Below, in pieces: positions 34,142-47,798 of a stretch of 64,000 nucleotides of DNA; within the stretch, counting starts at the first letter, position 1; each line of letters begins with the position of its first letter. Position numbers and translations under genes: made by a program. The notes below the pieces were generated by a model. That model made no database searches. It was not told where the DNA came from and was given only the letters and a program-made list of their open reading frames with translations. This stretch comes from a virus (taxonomy: Duplodnaviria; Caudoviricetes). Location of the stretch: positions 1,465 through 65,464 of IMG/VR virus record IMGVR_UViG_3300044641_006190; one strand, written 5' to 3'.

Positions 34142-34673
34142 TTCTGATCTCGAAATCCTGGATGACATCCAAAGGCAGATGAACCTTGGCCCGTAGGACG
34201 CACCCGCAAACGCGGCAGGACTCCAAAGCCCTGTCCCGTTGGGTGGTCCTACCGGCCAGGAACTTCGTCACCTGCGTAAGGATTCCACCACAGCCCCAGC
34301 AACCAGTCACGTCCCCGTTGAAGGGGCAAGTGGAGCAGATTGCCGCACGTCGCTCGGCCTCCTCTTGCGGCACGAACTTGCCGCCAAACTTGAGGACGGT
34401 GTTCATGAACCGGCGAAGGTCTGCAATCGTCAGGGACCGCTTTGATACATCCACCGGCCTGTCCGAGCATGGCACCTGCAAGTTCTGACGGCACAGGTCG
34501 TCTTGGAAACGCTCCTCCCACCCTTCGGCCAGATCGTAGCCCATGGCTTTGCGGTGGAGGCGAACCTGATCAATGATGCCCCAGTAGGACAACCCGTGGA
34601 AGACGGCACCGGATTCCGGCTGCACATACTTCCACTGGTTCGAGGTTCCACGGGACTTGTTGGTCACTCTCAT
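34080..34673 (-). CDS. Cys-rich hypothetical protein
   Basis: RAAICSTCP, CWGC, CRVCGC, WCW; 62-bp convergent overlap with int. Confidence 0.7.
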   Translation of the reverse strand: MRVTNKSRGTSNQWKYVQPESGAVFHGLSYWGIIDQVRLHRKAMGYDLAEGWEERFQDDLCRQNLQVPCSDRPVDVSKRSLTIADLRRFMNTVLKFGGKFVPQEEAERRAAICSTCPFNGDVTGCWGCGGILTQVTKFLAGRTTQRDRALESCRVCGCVLRAKVHLPLDVIQDFEIRTSLDYPEWCWQRPASDSSAK

Positions 34674-37600
34674 TTGAGTCGGTATTTGGATTTGGCTTTT
34701 TCGGTGGCATCCGAGGCGATCTGGCCCATCGCACGAGAGAGCTGGGTGTCATCCATCCTGCGCAGGCGGGGCAGTTCGCGGATCATGACGCGCTTCACCT
34801 CCTTGCCGCGATAGGTGACATAGTCAATCCACTGATCGTCGGTGAGCAGCCCGTTGCGGGCTTCGATGGCACCGCGTTGCGGGAGACCGGGCCCGGTTCC
34901 GCGCTCCATGATGAACTCATAGACCGCCTTGTCAGGGCCGGACGGAGGTGTGAGAACAGCCAGCGGAAGCAGGCCGCTGAGATACAGGCGGTTGCCAACT
35001 GTGGCCAGGGTGTCTCCGGTCGGGAACCCACGCGGATCACCGAGGGCGTTCACGTCGCGGCGTGTCAGCAAGGAGCGGGCAACCGGCAAGTTTGACCAGA
35101 TCGCGCCCATGCGGCCACGGCTTTGGTCAGGTCCGATGAACAGCCGCTCCACAGACCCGATGAGTCCGCTGAACGGAATGACCGGGTTTGCCTTGTAGAG
35201 CACGCTGCCAAGCATGTTGGTATCCGGGCCTTTCCCGGCGATGAAGCCGACAGTGGATTTGGCTCCAAGGAAAGTGGCCTGCTCGTGCCAGCCTGCCATC
35301 ACAGCCCCAAGGTATTCACCCATGGATGAGGCGTTGAGCGGATGTCCAAGTTTGCGGTTGAGGCGCATATCATCCACGGCTCCCGCCATGATCATATTGA
35401 TCTTCCAGGGCTCCAGAACTCCACGCGCCCAGGACAGGCTGGCGCGTTTGCCGCCGACGTTCATCTCCAAAGACCCTTGGTGGTGGCCTTGCTTGATCCA
35501 GGCATCGCGCTCGGTTTTGTTGGCGGGACCGGCGAGAGTGACCTTGAAAAGAGGTTCGTCATCGTCGCCCGTCAGGGTTTGCAGCAGCATGACCACAACC
35601 AGCGCGGACGAGCCGACGATGGCTTCGGTCAACCGCTGGCGAAGCTGCATGTCTGTGGCGGCGGACTGGCGGTAGAACTCCACGTCAGATTTGACGCCAA
35701 AGGCTTCTTTCTTGCCCGCGTATTTCTTGGCCAGATGCCAGCGAAGCAGCCCGTAAGGAGTAAGCCACGCGCCACGGTTCAGGAGATTCAAAGGAACCCC
35801 GAAATACCCGAGGAACACACGGCCAAGGATGGGATGCTTGCGCAGGATGCCATTGCCGACCGAACGCACGGCCATGGAGAAAGTGTTGAGCACGTCCGCA
35901 ATCGGAGACTCTTCACCGCGATGGTTACCCGTCTCCAGTTCCGACTCCTTGGAGGCAAACTCGGCGAGTTCTTTTTCGACACGCTTCTGGGTGTCCTGGT
36001 CGCCGGAGACCATCTCGGCAATCTCGCGGCCAAGACGATGGCGGGCGAGGTCTTGCATGCGGATGGGGACGGACAGGTATTGAATCCGCAGCTCGCGCAG
36101 GGCTTCCTTCACACGGCGTTGCGGATTCCACTCAGGAACGCGCAGAGCCCGGAGAGTGCCGCGAATATCCTGGTCAAGCAGGCGCAGGCTTTCGTTGTTC
36201 GGATCGAGGCTCGGGTCGGCATCATTGACGAGCTTGTCCAGCTCATTGGTGACCGTCTGGTCATCCTTGCCGACCAAATTCTGAACGCGCTGCGTCATGG
36301 CGGCAATCATTGACTGCTCGGCCTGCATTCTGACGGTGAGGTCAGTGGAGGTGCGCGTGACCATGACGTAGGCGTCCGCAGGAGCGATGCCGTTCTTGAC
36401 CAGTGTCAGGTACCCGGCGGACTTGAGGAAGTAGTTCTGCATGGTGACATACCACGCCTGATCGCTGGAGGACAGCAGCCTGCGGGTGATGTCGGTCATC
36501 GCGGAAAGCGCCCTGGCGGCACCGGAGAGACGACGCCACAAAGTCTGCTTGCTGTCACGGAACGCCGCCAGTCCGTCGCGGAAGTCGCGGTTGAGGCGGG
36601 TGACCTGCAAGACCTGCTGCTGCATCGCATTGGTGTAGGCGTCCGATTTGATCGAGAAGCGCAGGTTCTTGATGTAGCTGTTGACCACTTCCTCGAAGGA
36701 CTTGGTGATCAGCTCCACGCGGGACATGTCGCGCTTGATGGTGGCGGAGCCAAGATCGAGCAGCATGCGGTTGACCATGGAGCCGAGCGGGGCAACGACA
36801 TTGATCGCCATGGTGGAGAGTCCGCCAAGGGCATTGTTGTTGTAGCTGATCGCCAGCACTTCCAAAGCGGTCTTCGGCGGCCTGCGCAGCTCGAACAACT
36901 GGAACATCTCGCGCAGAGCGCGGGCAACGTCCGTGTCGCGTCCTTCTGCGGACGCACGCTGGATCATCTCGTCCAGCCGGACGAGCTTGCGGTTGTCGGC
37001 GGTGGAGAAGGCGGAGAAGCCCATCTCTTCCGCGAGCGCCTGGCTGGCACGCAGCGAAGGATCGGCCATGCCAAGACGGATCAGCTCGCGCATGCGGGCG
37101 ATGTGCTTCTCGGCGAGTGTCGCGGTCTCCTGCTGGCTGGCGAGCGTGGATTTGCGGTAGTCCTGCTGCTTCTTGACCGCTCTTTCGAGAGCCTTCTCCT
37201 TGGCCTTCACGATGTAATCGACAAGGTTCTTCTCCACCCAGGAGGCGGCCGCGTCCACTTGGGGAGGACTGAAACCGTTGGCCTCAAGGAAGGTGCGGAC
37301 AAGCTGCTGACGGATGAGCGGATTGCGGATGGTTCCGGCGGCTCCGCTTGGGTCAGTGGTGACTCCTGCCGTGTTCTCCTTGATGAACTCGATCAGAGCG
37401 GAGAGACGTGTCGGACTCTTGTTCACCAGCTCCTTGACCCGGCGCTCGGTGTTGGCGAGGTCAAACAAAGCCTGCGCCTCGACGGTCGTGGCTCCGAACG
37501 CGGCGGCCTGCTTCTCGAAGTCGGCAAAGTTGTCCATCGGGACAAGGACTTGCTGGCGGTAGAGGGCGCGGATGTTCATCTGGCGGACCTTCTGGTCTGC

Positions 37601-40600
37601 CGCGATGTTCTTGTAGGTGCCGTCAGGCTGCTTGACGATCTGGATGTTGCGATTGCGTGCCGCCACACGGGAGCGGATGAGAGTCTCCACAGACTTGCGC
37701 ATGCGGTCCTCGGCCTGCTGGGTGCCACGGACACCGGCGGTGCTGAACAGCCCGGGGAACTTGCCCTCCATGTAGGCACGCCGGGTCATGAGTTCAGCGT
37801 CGTCCTTGGACAGCCCGTTCTTGACGAAGAACTCGGTCACGACCGCCGTCTGCCAGCCGATGTCGCTGATATCCTTGCCCTCGGCGTCTTTGAACGCCTT
37901 GATGATCGAGGCGTAGTTGCCTTTGCCGGGGGAGAGCACGCGCTCATAGACGCGGGCCATGCGTGCCGCACGCTCGCGGACGGCAGCTCCGTGCGCGGCA
38001 AGCGCCAGCATCGGAGCGGTCTTTTTGTCCACGCCAAGACTGGTCAGGACCGGAACAAGTTGAGCGATTGCCTCGTCCTCGGTGATCCTGGCATTTGCCG
38101 GAGTGCGGATGAATTTCTTCACCGTGCTGCGGACTTTGCCGGACTTGTCGCTCTCGAACGCCTCCTTGACCGCCGGGACGCTGTTGAGGCGGGCGGTAAG
38201 ACGCTGTGCCTCTTTCTCAGGCATCGCCAAGTAGGTGGCCCAGGCCAGATCAACCAGCTTCTCGACCAGCTCGTCAGAGATTCCCTCGCCAGACAGCTCG
38301 GCGGTCAGGTTGGCCGTGAGTGTGTCGCGGTTGAGGTTCTGCTCGTTGTTTGCCGCCGCGACCACCATGTCACGGATTCTGTCGAAAAGGGACTGCGTCC
38401 ACTTCGTCGCCTTGAACTCCTTGTCGAGGAAGCGTTTGATGACCACCGCGACACGACGCGCAGCGGCGTCGGCCTCGGATTCGTCTTCCGCAGCCTCGCC
38501 CTCATCCTCCGCCTCGTCGATCTCCGTGCCGACCTCATCGACAGGAGCGGGCGGCGGCGTCGGCTTTGGCTTCGGCCTGCCCTTCGGCGCGGCGGGAGTT
38601 TCGATGGTCGGGATTTCACCCTCAACATCAACACCGGGAGTATCCAAGGAACCTGTGAGTCCGTCTGCCAGATCGGCGATCTCGTCCATGACCTCGTCGC
38701 GGAGCTTGGTCAGCTCGCCCAGATCGGTCGGAAGATCGGCAAAGTCGTCATCTGAGGACAAGGCATCGTCCACCCAGCTCTGGCGGGAGGCCGCGTTGCG
38801 GGAGAGGATTTCCTGACGACGGCGTTCGATCTCGTTGAGGAGCTTGATCTTGCGCAGCAGAACGGCCATGCTCTCCTTGGCACGTCCGGTGAGGGCTTCC
38901 AGACCACGGCGGAAAATATCCATGCTGTCAGCAGGAGGCTTGGCGTTGTTGATCGTCTTGCCAGAAGCGGAATTGCCATCCAGGGCGTCATCCTTGAGTT
39001 CACCGGCGGCCTCAACCTCGCTGTCGAGGTCGCCCGGGTTCATGCCAAATTTCTTGCCGCCCGCGTCCGTCGCGTCATCAAGCAGCTTCTTCATCTCGTC
39101 GAAGACCCTGTTCACTTCGCTGGAATACTGGCCGCGCATCTGGAGCGCACGTCCGGCTTCCGCCAATGTCAGGAAGGAGCCGAGAATGGCCTGGTTGTAG
39201 TTGCCTTTCCATGAGTTGAATACGCTCATGTCGCCCTGCTTGGCCCCGAGAAGGATGCCGTAGCGGATCAGCTCGGCTTGCAAAGCGATGCCAGCCGCGC
39301 TGGCGTTTGGGCCTGCGAGCTTGAGGTAGGAAAGGATAAACGCTCCCGGTCCTGCGTTCGGGTCAGTCTTCGTCTTGACCGTGTCCTCCAAGATACGGGC
39401 GGTGGCTTCCTTGACCTTGGCCGTGGTTTCCGGGGTGATCTTCGGCATCCCGTTGTCGTCAAAGGTGAGTCCAAGGAACCTGGCTGCTGCGGCACGGGAT
39501 TCCGCCACGCTGCGGGTGTAATACGCCTCGCCGCGCTTTCTGCCAAACACCTGTGCGAACTGCTGCTCGGCCTGGGTGACTGGAGTGGCTTCGAGAATCT
39601 GCGAACGAACGGTTTCCGCGTCCCTCTCAGGCTCCATGCCGGAGTCGATTGGCGACTGGCGGGCACCGCTGTTATACAGGCGATCCATCGCCTGCGGGTA
39701 GGCCACGTTGAACGCCGGGACTCCCGACGACATGCGGACCAGGTATTTCTTGTCCTGCTCGGACAAGTCCTGCGGACGCTCAAGCGGCTCAAGGAAAGCG
39801 ACGCCGTTGAGGTCATCCTCCTGGACGCGAGCCATGAACACGTCAAACGGCAGACCGCTGGCGCGGTGAAGCTCCGGCAGCGAGATAAACGCGCTGGAGG
39901 ATTTGACGGCCAGCGAGATGTATGCCTGCGTGAGGGGATCGGAGCGCATGTTGCGCAGCATGGCCGACGCACGTTCCAGCTCGTCCTTGAGGGACGCCTC
40001 CTCGGTGACCACCGGGCCTTCGGGAATCTCGCCGGAGACGAGCGCGAGCGACTGTGCGATGGCCTTGCCAAGCATGGTGCTGCGACCGAACTCGCCGGTG
40101 TAGAACAACCTGGCCAGAAGCTCGGATACCCTGCGCAGGGCGGACTTCACGAAACTAGAGACACGGCCTTCCGGTTTGAATGAGTCGGGCACGCGGTCAA
40201 GGAACGCGACGAACGCACGTTCATGCGGGCGGTTCGGGAACAGCGCGGCGATGAACTCTTCGAGGGTTTTCAGCTCATAATCGAACCGGCCGTAGTTGCC
40301 GGTCTGCTTTGCGTAGCTGCGGATTTTCTCCAGCAGCTCATTGAGGGAGGCCACCACGGCGCGTTCCTGCGCATTGGATGGATTGACGATCTTGCGAACC
40401 GTGGCGTGATGAATCATCTCATGCAGCACAAGGCCGTTGAGGCTGATCCTGCCGCGACCACGCGCCCGCAGATTGATGGAGATTGTGGCAGGGCTGCCGT
40501 CGATCCATTCACCGGCGTTCCGCAAGCGTCCGTCCGAACGGATCATGAAGTTCAGCCCCGACCAGTCCAGCTTGAGCATGGCCTCAATGAGAACCTTCTC

Positions 40601-43600
40601 CAGATTGGTGGTGAGCTTGTCGTCACGAATGGTCTCCAAAACCGCTTTCCAGTTCTGCTGGCCGTGCGATCCAAGCTCGGTCGGAAGGCCAAGCCTTTCG
40701 AGAGCCTCCTTGTTCTTTTTCTCAAGGTAGTCGAGGCGGCGTTCGGAAGTTTCGCGCTCGGCTGGGGATTGACGGGCGTCTGTTCGTACGCTGCCCTGTA
40801 ACGTCTGGACAGTTGTGCGGTTGACCACCACATCCTTGAACGCAGATTTCGGCAAAAACTCCTCGAACAGAACTTCGTGAAGTTCTGCCTTGGCCAGGTT
40901 GTCAGACACTTTGTCCGCCGTCTCGCCGAGCACAAACTGGTCCCGGTTCGCATCGGAGATGACCATCTGCCGTGCCTGCTCAGGCGATCCAATGGCAACG
41001 AGGAAATACTTGGATGGCAGACCGTCATCGTCGAGATCAACCTTGTCTTCCAATGTCACAACGGTGATCTCTTGGGGAATCAGCGACCGGAGAGCCGCCT
41101 CGTCTCCCGCGTCGAGAGCAGTCTCGACATTTGCTTTCAGCGCAATCAGATCGACTGGCGACGGAGCCGCTCCCTGCGAGGCTCGCATCATACCATTACC
41201 GGGCTCCGGGGCGTGTTGCGAGGCTTCAAGAATGCGCTTGGACCAGTAGAGGTAATACTCGTCGGTTCCGCGCTTCGGGCCTAGACGGCCAAGCACGCGG
41301 TTGAGGAACATCTTCACCCAGTCCATGAACTTGCGAACGATCGGACGGTTGATCGCCTCGACTCCTTCGCGGTTCAGGATGGTAACGAGTTTGCGGACAT
41401 ACACTTCCTCACGTGCTTCGCGCTCAAGCGAGCGGTCTGCCCGCCATCCGGCGTATTGGTCGTATCCGCGTGTGACAAGGGCGTCGATCTCCTGCGGAGT
41501 CACCACCGCACGCATCTCGGGCTCAAGATAGAGGACCAGATCGGCAAACTTCGGAAGCGTGCGAATGGACTCGATCCCACGGTGCATGACCTCATGGACA
41601 GTGGCGTCGGCGATTGCCGCCGCAGGACTGCCGTGCTCGTCAAGCTGGGTAATCTGGTCAACCACCACGAACGCACGGCCTGTTCTGGAGTTGAAGAACC
41701 CCTCGTTGCCGTCGCGGATGGCCGCACGGTCGGCATTCGTCAGATCGGTGCGCTTGAGCAAATTCTCTGCGGTGTCCACCGTCACAACGTCGTTGATAAA
41801 CGGCAGCGTCCTGGCCAGAACAGCCAAAGCCTCACGCGCAGCGGGCAGATCATTGCGGGTCAGAGGACGAATCTCCTTGGCAGGAACCGAGGCGCGGAGC
41901 ATCGCCCGTTTCTCGCGGATCACCACGTTGATCGCTTCCGCTGTGGAGGTTTCCACAGGGTTCTCGACATCCAGGATTTCCCCGGTCGGCAGAACACGGA
42001 AGTCCGTCAGCGCGGATTGCACGCGCTGGGAAATATCCGTGCTGACGCCTTTGACGATGGCTCCCATGTTTGCCATGCGGGCACCAACGCGGACGGAAAG
42101 TTTGCGCTCGAACTCGATCTGCGATGTGAACAGCCAGTTGATGCGGGCTGGCGTCTTCATGCCATAGCGGGCGATGCGTTTCGAGGTCTGCTCGACCTCG
42201 GTGCCGCGCCATGGAAGGGTGACCACGATCTGAGTGCGTGGGTCATTGCCCTTTTGGTCATGCAAAGACAGGCCGGTGCCCCCACGGGCGATGGTGGCGA
42301 CAAGAACTTTGACATCGCCGGACTCCCATCGACCAAGCGAATCCTGGCCGGTGACCCCCGACTCGTCGCTGGTGTAGAAGGCCACGTTGTCCCCAAATGC
42401 CTTCTTGAACCTCTCCTGCGCGGAGGGGAAGCGGATGGTGGTGACCCCTTCGTTGACGAGGGCACGGAAGAACTTGATCGCCCCGTCAAACAGGACGCCA
42501 GCCGCCTTGCGGGCGTCGGAGCTTTGATCGACGCCCGTCTCTTCAAACGCCTCGGCCTTGGCGATCTCCTCAAGCAGATCGTAGTCGCGTTCAGACTTGG
42601 TCTCCACAAAGATGGCGACCTTGCGGGAGTTGTTGAGTTCCTTCTCGGCCATCTCAATGGCGGCCTTGATCTTGGCCGCCTCAAGCACGCGCTTCTGCAT
42701 GTTGAAGACATACCTGATGGCATTGGAGTCCAGGTTCTTGGCCTCCTTGACCACCTTGGCCATCTTGTTGTAGAGGTCCACCCATTCGGCCTCTCCCTCG
42801 ACCAGCGAGTAGTCGAAGGAAGCCATGCCTTCCCCCAGTCGTGCGGCACGCTGCGAGAACAGTCCGCGCTTTCGCAGGTATTCACGAGCGGCGGATTGCG
42901 CGGCAAGCGCGGCAGGCCCCGTGATCTCCCAGTTGACCCCGGAGGGCTTGCCTTGCGTGTTGAGCACGACACGTCCGCCAAACACGGCGGCGAAGCCGTA
43001 GAAGCCCTGCTTGCCTTCGTAAAGATTCGGAACGTCAAACTCCTTGAAGATGCCGGTGGGAGCGAGGAACTCCATCTGTGACAAGTCCTCGTAAGGTGTC
43101 GCCGAGGCCATGAGGACAAAGCCTGACTTCTTCATCCACTTCTCCGCATGCGCGGAGCGTGGCGACTGTCCTTCGCGGGAGTAGCGGACATTGTGCGCCT
43201 CATCCAAAACAAGCATGTCCGAATCCCTTGGGGGATTGGTGGAGTCGCTCTTGTCGAGGCTGGCGTAGGTAATGAAATCAATTTCGTCACCAATGCCGAA
43301 ATCAGCAATGTCTTCCTTGACCTGATCTATGTGAGTCTGGCTCTGGGTGACGAAAATGATTTTCGGATTCTTCTTCCCGGATGCCTTGAGCTTGGAGATG
43401 ATCGACTGGATGGCGGCGGCCATCACGAAAGTCTTTCCGGTGCCAGGATCGGAGGCGAGCATGAACATGCCATCACCACGGGCATGGGCATTGCGGATGA
43501 GCGCCGCGTCGGTGAGCTGTTCGGCAACAACCTCGGCAAGCATTCCGGCCTTCTGCCCTCCCTTGATGAGGATGTTACGCGCAGATTTGTCGATGGAATT

Positions 43601-46600
43601 GTTGATCTCGTTGGCGGTGAGCCTCGAAGAATCCGGCATCGAGGCTACTCCATCTCTTCGCTCTGCGATGGCGTCTCGTCGTTCTCTGGGGACGAAAGTT
43701 CTTCGTCCTCCGACTCGTCCTCCGGCGGAGTCAGCCTCAAAGACATCATTCCCAAACTGAACAAAGCTCCCATGGTCGCGTATGGTGAAACTGTTGGTGT
43801 TCGGGTTGAAGACGAATCCGTTTTTGGTGAGTAGCGTTCCATAAGTGCGTGTGGTCTCCGAGCGTGGGATGGTAATGGCCCCGTTGGGCTGTAAAGTGGC
43901 TTCGATGCCGACACCGGCAAGGTTGCTGATCGTCTCGTCGAGCTGATCAGCATACTGCTCGTTCATTCCGGCGTAGTCTTCGTCGGACAAACTCTGCGCC
44001 TGCTGGAAGTCCCTATATTGGGGAAGGCGGCGAACCAAGTTGCGCACCTCGTCGAGCTTGGTGCGATTGGTGATGCCTTTGGTGGCTTCTTCGTTGAAGA
44101 GAGTGTTGAACAGGTAGATCGGGTCTTCCTCAAGAAGCTGGTTGATCGACCGGCGTTTCTTCTGACCAAAACCGAGTGGTGCATCCATCTCGGAGGCAGT
44201 CGGAGCTTCGCCCACAATGGGCTCAGGGGAGGTAACGGAAGCGGCAGCCGGATCGAAACGAGACAGAATTGTGTCGATCTGGGCCTGGTCTGGGAGGGCC
44301 TCGATCTGTGGGTAGAAGATTCGCAGTGACCTCCAGGCGGAGGCAAGCATGTCACGCACCTGCTGCCATAGATCAGGCACCAGTTCCTTCATGGTGGAGA
44401 CAAAATCCTCGAAGCGCACGACGCCTTCCTGAACAGCGGCTTTGCCGATGCGAATGAGAATTTGCGCGGCAACATCGGGCCTTCCACCAACAGTGGCGCT
44501 CTTTCCAAGTTCTTTGCGAAGCGCGGCGAGGTCTTTCACTGCGGAGGCGCGGATCGCGTCAATGGCGCTCTTGGTCTTTTCTTTGCGGGCCTGGCGTTCG
44601 GAAGTTTTAGGGCGTGGCTTGGCCGCAGGTTTGGCTGGGGCAGTTTCAGCCGCAGCAGGAGCAGGAGCAGTTTCAGTAGCAGCAGTGGCAGGCTCGGCGA
44701 CGGGAGCTGTCTCCATTTCCATGACTCGGGTGCGAATCTGGTCGCGCTCCGTGTCGTTTTTGGCGGCGGGAAACTTCTCCCATTCCTTGATCGCTTCGGG
44801 TGAAGTCAGTTGATCCCGAACCCGCTGCCACTCGGCGTCAGGAGTCTCCAGATTCATCTTCTGCTGCGCACGCTCGGCTTCCCCGGCGGCTTTGGCGGAA
44901 GCAAGCTCGGCAAGCGGATTCTCCGCCTGCGGCTTTTTCGTCTCTCCACGAACAGTCGGGCGTCGGGATTCCGGCACGTCGAGAAGCATCTCCTCATCTG
45001 CTGGTGGAGCGAACCCGGTATCATCCGGGGCACGGTTGGACTCATCCACCGGAAGCGTCGAGTAGATCGTGCCAGTCGGGTCGATCTTCTGCTGGCCGAA
45101 CTCACCTCCGGTGAGCACGACAGCGGTGACATTGCCGTCCTCGTCAGACTCTTGAGTGACGCGCATCTTCTGTCCGGCCACGTCCACCACGTCGCCAACT
45201 TCGAGGCTGCTGACCTGAATGGCCTCCGGCAACGCCTCATTGAACGCGGCGTTCTCGAAATCCACGCGCTGAGCCTCGTCCCTGCGTAGGTTCTGCTCCT
45301 GCTTGGTCTGCTGCTTGTTCTGGGTGGTAGAGGATGCGGAAATCTCACCGATCATGCGCCACATGTCGGAAACGTAAACTCCAAGAGCCTCCGCCGCCTT
45401 GTCGGGGGAGAGTCCCGGTCCTGCGGAGGCATAGATTTTCTGGTGAGCCGGAGGAAGCGTCGGAGCATCGTCCCACAGGGACTTGTTCTTCTCCCAAAAG
45501 TCTCCGCCCATTTTCTGAGCTTTGCTTTTGCTCATCAAACGACCCAGACTGACCAGTTTCCGAATGGTCGGGTGATCGAGGAAGCTGAGAGATGCAGCCT
45601 TCCTCTTGGGGGCTGGGGCGGTGCCAACGTCTCCCGACGTGGGCTGTCCTCCAGGTAGCGATGCTGTCGGCACTTCCCCCGCAGGGGTGATTACTTGCGT
45701 TTGGACTTGCCCGCTTTCGAGAGGGCGATTGCGACCGCCTGCTTCTGCGGTCGGCCTTCCTTCATCAACTGGCGGACGTTCTTCGACACGGTTTTCTGAG
45801 ACGATCCTTTGGCTAGGGGCATTGGTAGGGGTGGGTGTGGGTTGCGTTGCTGCCGCAGCCGGAGTGACGGCGGTAGTCTGCCCGGTCATACGTTGGATAT
45901 ACTCGTTCGCAGACGGGGTGACTGGTTGCTCGCCAGCGTTGATACGGGCGGCTTTCGCGGCGAGATCGGTGATCGCCGGATTTGGAGCTTTGCCTCCACG
46001 AGGCGACGGCTGCATGATCGAAGCCAATCGCTGCTCTGTCGGCGATGCCGCTCCCTGAGGAGCAGGCTGGCCCGGAGTAAGCTGCTGGCGCATGGCCTCG
46101 GTAACCGTTGCCTCGACGGCCGCCTCCTTGGCTTTCTCCACGTTGGCGGCACCTTTGCCTGCCAGATCATTGGCGGATTGCCTGAGAGCGTTGGCCGTGG
46201 CCGGGGCCACACTTTCCACGTTATCCGCAGCGTTGAACACGGCGGCAACAGCGGCGTCGGCGTCCATTGCCACTTGCTCGACCCGGGCAGATTCCTGAGC
46301 GGCTGTGTCCGCCACGGGATCAACGGGGGTTGTGGCAGGTTTGCCAATCCTCATGTTGAACATCTCAGCGGCGGCATTGGCGTCGCCTTTCTCCATGAGC
46401 TTGGCCGCATCACGGATGGACTGGAGCCGCTGGTATGCCTCAGAAGCCTTGCCGTAGTTCCGATTATCGGAGGCTTCCGCAAGCTGCTTCCGGGCTTCGA
46501 TTTCCGACCCCACCAAGCTCAACGCAAATTGCTCGGGAGAGACCGTCGTCGGCTCCGCCTTCTTGGGGCCAAGAGCCGATGCGCCAGCCTTGATGACGCC

Positions 46601-47755
46601 CCCGGCTCCGAGCATGAATCCAGTTCCGTAGAGCGCGGCAGGGGCGACCTCCTTGGCCCCACGGATAACCCCCTCCACTCCGGCATAAGGGTTGGCGACC
46701 TTGGACGGGTCTTCGCCTCGCAGGACTGCTTCCATCTTGGCTTGGTCCCATCCCTGGCCACCGACCTGCGTGGCAGTTTCTCCGGCTACTTCCAGAGCGG
46801 CGTCGGCAGCAAGCAAGCTGCCCTTGCCCAGAGCGGACTTTGCGATCTTAGAGAGCGCATTTTTCCCGAGCCCAAACACTGCCTGACCGACGCCAAAAGT
46901 CAGCGCGTTGGAGATACCTTCCGGTCCGGCCTCCCACATGCCAGTATTCTGGGCGATAGGAAGCAGTTGCTTGTAAAGATCGTCCTTTTCCTCCCTGGAG
47001 AGGGAGCGTCCGGCGTTCTTCTCCGCCAAGGAGAAGGCATCACGAAGGAACTGGTTCCCCGCCATGGTGTAGGCGGCCCCGCCGGAGGCCAGCGCCCCGC
47101 CGAGGAATCCGCCGATCTGCTGACCAAGGAAAGAGCCAAGACCGACAGCGGCCGGAGTAGCCACAGCTCCCGCGCCAGTGGAGACGGCTCCGGCTCCGCC
47201 AAGCCATCCACCGATAGCTCCGCCAGCCATTCGGCCTGGAACACTGCCCGCCGCAGCAGATGCCATGGCGGCAGTAGAGAAGCCGGAGCTGGGGGCGAAC
47301 TCACGAGCGGCAGAGCCAAACGAAGTGGCCTCTCCCTTGGCTTCGAGATCGGCCTGCTTCGTCCGAATCTCCTCATCGAAGGCGTCTTTCTCGGCCATCG
47401 CCTGCTTGTATTCAGGCGTCCATTCGTCTGGATGTGTGAGTCCTTGCCGGAGCTGGTAGTATGCTGCTTTGGTGCTGACCGGAATACCGCGCAGCACATC
47501 CCAAGTTGAAGATAGTGCATCGCTGGCGCTGATGAACGGGCGATCTTTGGGTGCTTCTGGTGTCGGGACAGAATACTGACTGCTCTTGCTGGTGACAAAC
47601 TCGTCGAGCGTCGTGACTTCCTCGGGAGACAGGTTTTGTCCGGCCTCGAAGTCCGCCCTCCATTTCAGCAGAGACGTGGTTTTCTGTTCGGGAGTGAGCG
47701 TCGAAAAGTCAGGGAGACTTTCGACCTCATCCCATCGCGGAAGGGAAGTCGGCAT
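34670..47755 (-). CDS. Giant polyvalent virion/ejection protein (DarB-like architecture)
   Basis: Gly/Ala-rich hydrophobic N-region; SF2 motifs [30 protein letters not shown] and HEMIH zincin motifs; helical C-terminus. Confidence 0.85.
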   Translation of the reverse strand: MPTSLPRWDEVESLPDFSTLTPEQKTTSLLKWRADFEAGQNLSPEEVTTLDEFVTSKSSQYSVPTPEAPKDRPFISASDALSSTWDVLRGIPVSTKAAYYQLRQGLTHPDEWTPEYKQAMAEKDAFDEEIRTKQADLEAKGEATSFGSAAREFAPSSGFSTAAMASAAAGSVPGRMAGGAIGGWLGGAGAVSTGAGAVATPAAVGLGSFLGQQIGGFLGGALASGGAAYTMAGNQFLRDAFSLAEKNAGRSLSREEKDDLYKQLLPIAQNTGMWEAGPEGISNALTFGVGQAVFGLGKNALSKIAKSALGKGSLLAADAALEVAGETATQVGGQGWDQAKMEAVLRGEDPSKVANPYAGVEGVIRGAKEVAPAALYGTGFMLGAGGVIKAGASALGPKKAEPTTVSPEQFALSLVGSEIEARKQLAEASDNRNYGKASEAYQRLQSIRDAAKLMEKGDANAAAEMFNMRIGKPATTPVDPVADTAAQESARVEQVAMDADAAVAAVFNAADNVESVAPATANALRQSANDLAGKGAANVEKAKEAAVEATVTEAMRQQLTPGQPAPQGAASPTEQRLASIMQPSPRGGKAPNPAITDLAAKAARINAGEQPVTPSANEYIQRMTGQTTAVTPAAAATQPTPTPTNAPSQRIVSENRVEERPPVDEGRPTAEAGGRNRPLESGQVQTQVITPAGEVPTASLPGGQPTSGDVGTAPAPKRKAASLSFLDHPTIRKLVSLGRLMSKSKAQKMGGDFWEKNKSLWDDAPTLPPAHQKIYASAGPGLSPDKAAEALGVYVSDMWRMIGEISASSTTQNKQQTKQEQNLRRDEAQRVDFENAAFNEALPEAIQVSSLEVGDVVDVAGQKMRVTQESDEDGNVTAVVLTGGEFGQQKIDPTGTIYSTLPVDESNRAPDDTGFAPPADEEMLLDVPESRRPTVRGETKKPQAENPLAELASAKAAGEAERAQQKMNLETPDAEWQRVRDQLTSPEAIKEWEKFPAAKNDTERDQIRTRVMEMETAPVAEPATAATETAPAPAAAETAPAKPAAKPRPKTSERQARKEKTKSAIDAIRASAVKDLAALRKELGKSATVGGRPDVAAQILIRIGKAAVQEGVVRFEDFVSTMKELVPDLWQQVRDMLASAWRSLRIFYPQIEALPDQAQIDTILSRFDPAAASVTSPEPIVGEAPTASEMDAPLGFGQKKRRSINQLLEEDPIYLFNTLFNEEATKGITNRTKLDEVRNLVRRLPQYRDFQQAQSLSDEDYAGMNEQYADQLDETISNLAGVGIEATLQPNGAITIPRSETTRTYGTLLTKNGFVFNPNTNSFTIRDHGSFVQFGNDVFEADSAGGRVGGRRTFVPRERRDAIAERRDGVASMPDSSRLTANEINNSIDKSARNILIKGGQKAGMLAEVVAEQLTDAALIRNAHARGDGMFMLASDPGTGKTFVMAAAIQSIISKLKASGKKNPKIIFVTQSQTHIDQVKEDIADFGIGDEIDFITYASLDKSDSTNPPRDSDMLVLDEAHNVRYSREGQSPRSAHAEKWMKKSGFVLMASATPYEDLSQMEFLAPTGIFKEFDVPNLYEGKQGFYGFAAVFGGRVVLNTQGKPSGVNWEITGPAALAAQSAAREYLRKRGLFSQRAARLGEGMASFDYSLVEGEAEWVDLYNKMAKVVKEAKNLDSNAIRYVFNMQKRVLEAAKIKAAIEMAEKELNNSRKVAIFVETKSERDYDLLEEIAKAEAFEETGVDQSSDARKAAGVLFDGAIKFFRALVNEGVTTIRFPSAQERFKKAFGDNVAFYTSDESGVTGQDSLGRWESGDVKVLVATIARGGTGLSLHDQKGNDPRTQIVVTLPWRGTEVEQTSKRIARYGMKTPARINWLFTSQIEFERKLSVRVGARMANMGAIVKGVSTDISQRVQSALTDFRVLPTGEILDVENPVETSTAEAINVVIREKRAMLRASVPAKEIRPLTRNDLPAAREALAVLARTLPFINDVVTVDTAENLLKRTDLTNADRAAIRDGNEGFFNSRTGRAFVVVDQITQLDEHGSPAAAIADATVHEVMHRGIESIRTLPKFADLVLYLEPEMRAVVTPQEIDALVTRGYDQYAGWRADRSLEREAREEVYVRKLVTILNREGVEAINRPIVRKFMDWVKMFLNRVLGRLGPKRGTDEYYLYWSKRILEASQHAPEPGNGMMRASQGAAPSPVDLIALKANVETALDAGDEAALRSLIPQEITVVTLEDKVDLDDDGLPSKYFLVAIGSPEQARQMVISDANRDQFVLGETADKVSDNLAKAELHEVLFEEFLPKSAFKDVVVNRTTVQTLQGSVRTDARQSPAERETSERRLDYLEKKNKEALERLGLPTELGSHGQQNWKAVLETIRDDKLTTNLEKVLIEAMLKLDWSGLNFMIRSDGRLRNAGEWIDGSPATISINLRARGRGRISLNGLVLHEMIHHATVRKIVNPSNAQERAVVASLNELLEKIRSYAKQTGNYGRFDYELKTLEEFIAALFPNRPHERAFVAFLDRVPDSFKPEGRVSSFVKSALRRVSELLARLFYTGEFGRSTMLGKAIAQSLALVSGEIPEGPVVTEEASLKDELERASAMLRNMRSDPLTQAYISLAVKSSSAFISLPELHRASGLPFDVFMARVQEDDLNGVAFLEPLERPQDLSEQDKKYLVRMSSGVPAFNVAYPQAMDRLYNSGARQSPIDSGMEPERDAETVRSQILEATPVTQAEQQFAQVFGRKRGEAYYTRSVAESRAAAARFLGLTFDDNGMPKITPETTAKVKEATARILEDTVKTKTDPNAGPGAFILSYLKLAGPNASAAGIALQAELIRYGILLGAKQGDMSVFNSWKGNYNQAILGSFLTLAEAGRALQMRGQYSSEVNRVFDEMKKLLDDATDAGGKKFGMNPGDLDSEVEAAGELKDDALDGNSASGKTINNAKPPADSMDIFRRGLEALTGRAKESMAVLLRKIKLLNEIERRRQEILSRNAASRQSWVDDALSSDDDFADLPTDLGELTKLRDEVMDEIADLADGLTGSLDTPGVDVEGEIPTIETPAAPKGRPKPKPTPPPAPVDEVGTEIDEAEDEGEAAEDESEADAAARRVAVVIKRFLDKEFKATKWTQSLFDRIRDMVVAAANNEQNLNRDTLTANLTAELSGEGISDELVEKLVDLAWATYLAMPEKEAQRLTARLNSVPAVKEAFESDKSGKVRSTVKKFIRTPANARITEDEAIAQLVPVLTSLGVDKKTAPMLALAAHGAAVRERAARMARVYERVLSPGKGNYASIIKAFKDAEGKDISDIGWQTAVVTEFFVKNGLSKDDAELMTRRAYMEGKFPGLFSTAGVRGTQQAEDRMRKSVETLIRSRVAARNRNIQIVKQPDGTYKNIAADQKVRQMNIRALYRQQVLVPMDNFADFEKQAAAFGATTVEAQALFDLANTERRVKELVNKSPTRLSALIEFIKENTAGVTTDPSGAAGTIRNPLIRQQLVRTFLEANGFSPPQVDAAASWVEKNLVDYIVKAKEKALERAVKKQQDYRKSTLASQQETATLAEKHIARMRELIRLGMADPSLRASQALAEEMGFSAFSTADNRKLVRLDEMIQRASAEGRDTDVARALREMFQLFELRRPPKTALEVLAISYNNNALGGLSTMAINVVAPLGSMVNRMLLDLGSATIKRDMSRVELITKSFEEVVNSYIKNLRFSIKSDAYTNAMQQQVLQVTRLNRDFRDGLAAFRDSKQTLWRRLSGAARALSAMTDITRRLLSSSDQAWYVTMQNYFLKSAGYLTLVKNGIAPADAYVMVTRTSTDLTVRMQAEQSMIAAMTQRVQNLVGKDDQTVTNELDKLVNDADPSLDPNNESLRLLDQDIRGTLRALRVPEWNPQRRVKEALRELRIQYLSVPIRMQDLARHRLGREIAEMVSGDQDTQKRVEKELAEFASKESELETGNHRGEESPIADVLNTFSMAVRSVGNGILRKHPILGRVFLGYFGVPLNLLNRGAWLTPYGLLRWHLAKKYAGKKEAFGVKSDVEFYRQSAATDMQLRQRLTEAIVGSSALVVVMLLQTLTGDDDEPLFKVTLAGPANKTERDAWIKQGHHQGSLEMNVGGKRASLSWARGVLEPWKINMIMAGAVDDMRLNRKLGHPLNASSMGEYLGAVMAGWHEQATFLGAKSTVGFIAGKGPDTNMLGSVLYKANPVIPFSGLIGSVERLFIGPDQSRGRMGAIWSNLPVARSLLTRRDVNALGDPRGFPTGDTLATVGNRLYLSGLLPLAVLTPPSGPDKAVYEFIMERGTGPGLPQRGAIEARNGLLTDDQWIDYVTYRGKEVKRVMIRELPRLRRMDDTQLSRAMGQIASDATEKAKSKYRLK

Positions 47756-47798
47756 CCCGGAAGATTTCCCCACCTCGGAAATAAATCAAGCCAAGTCC

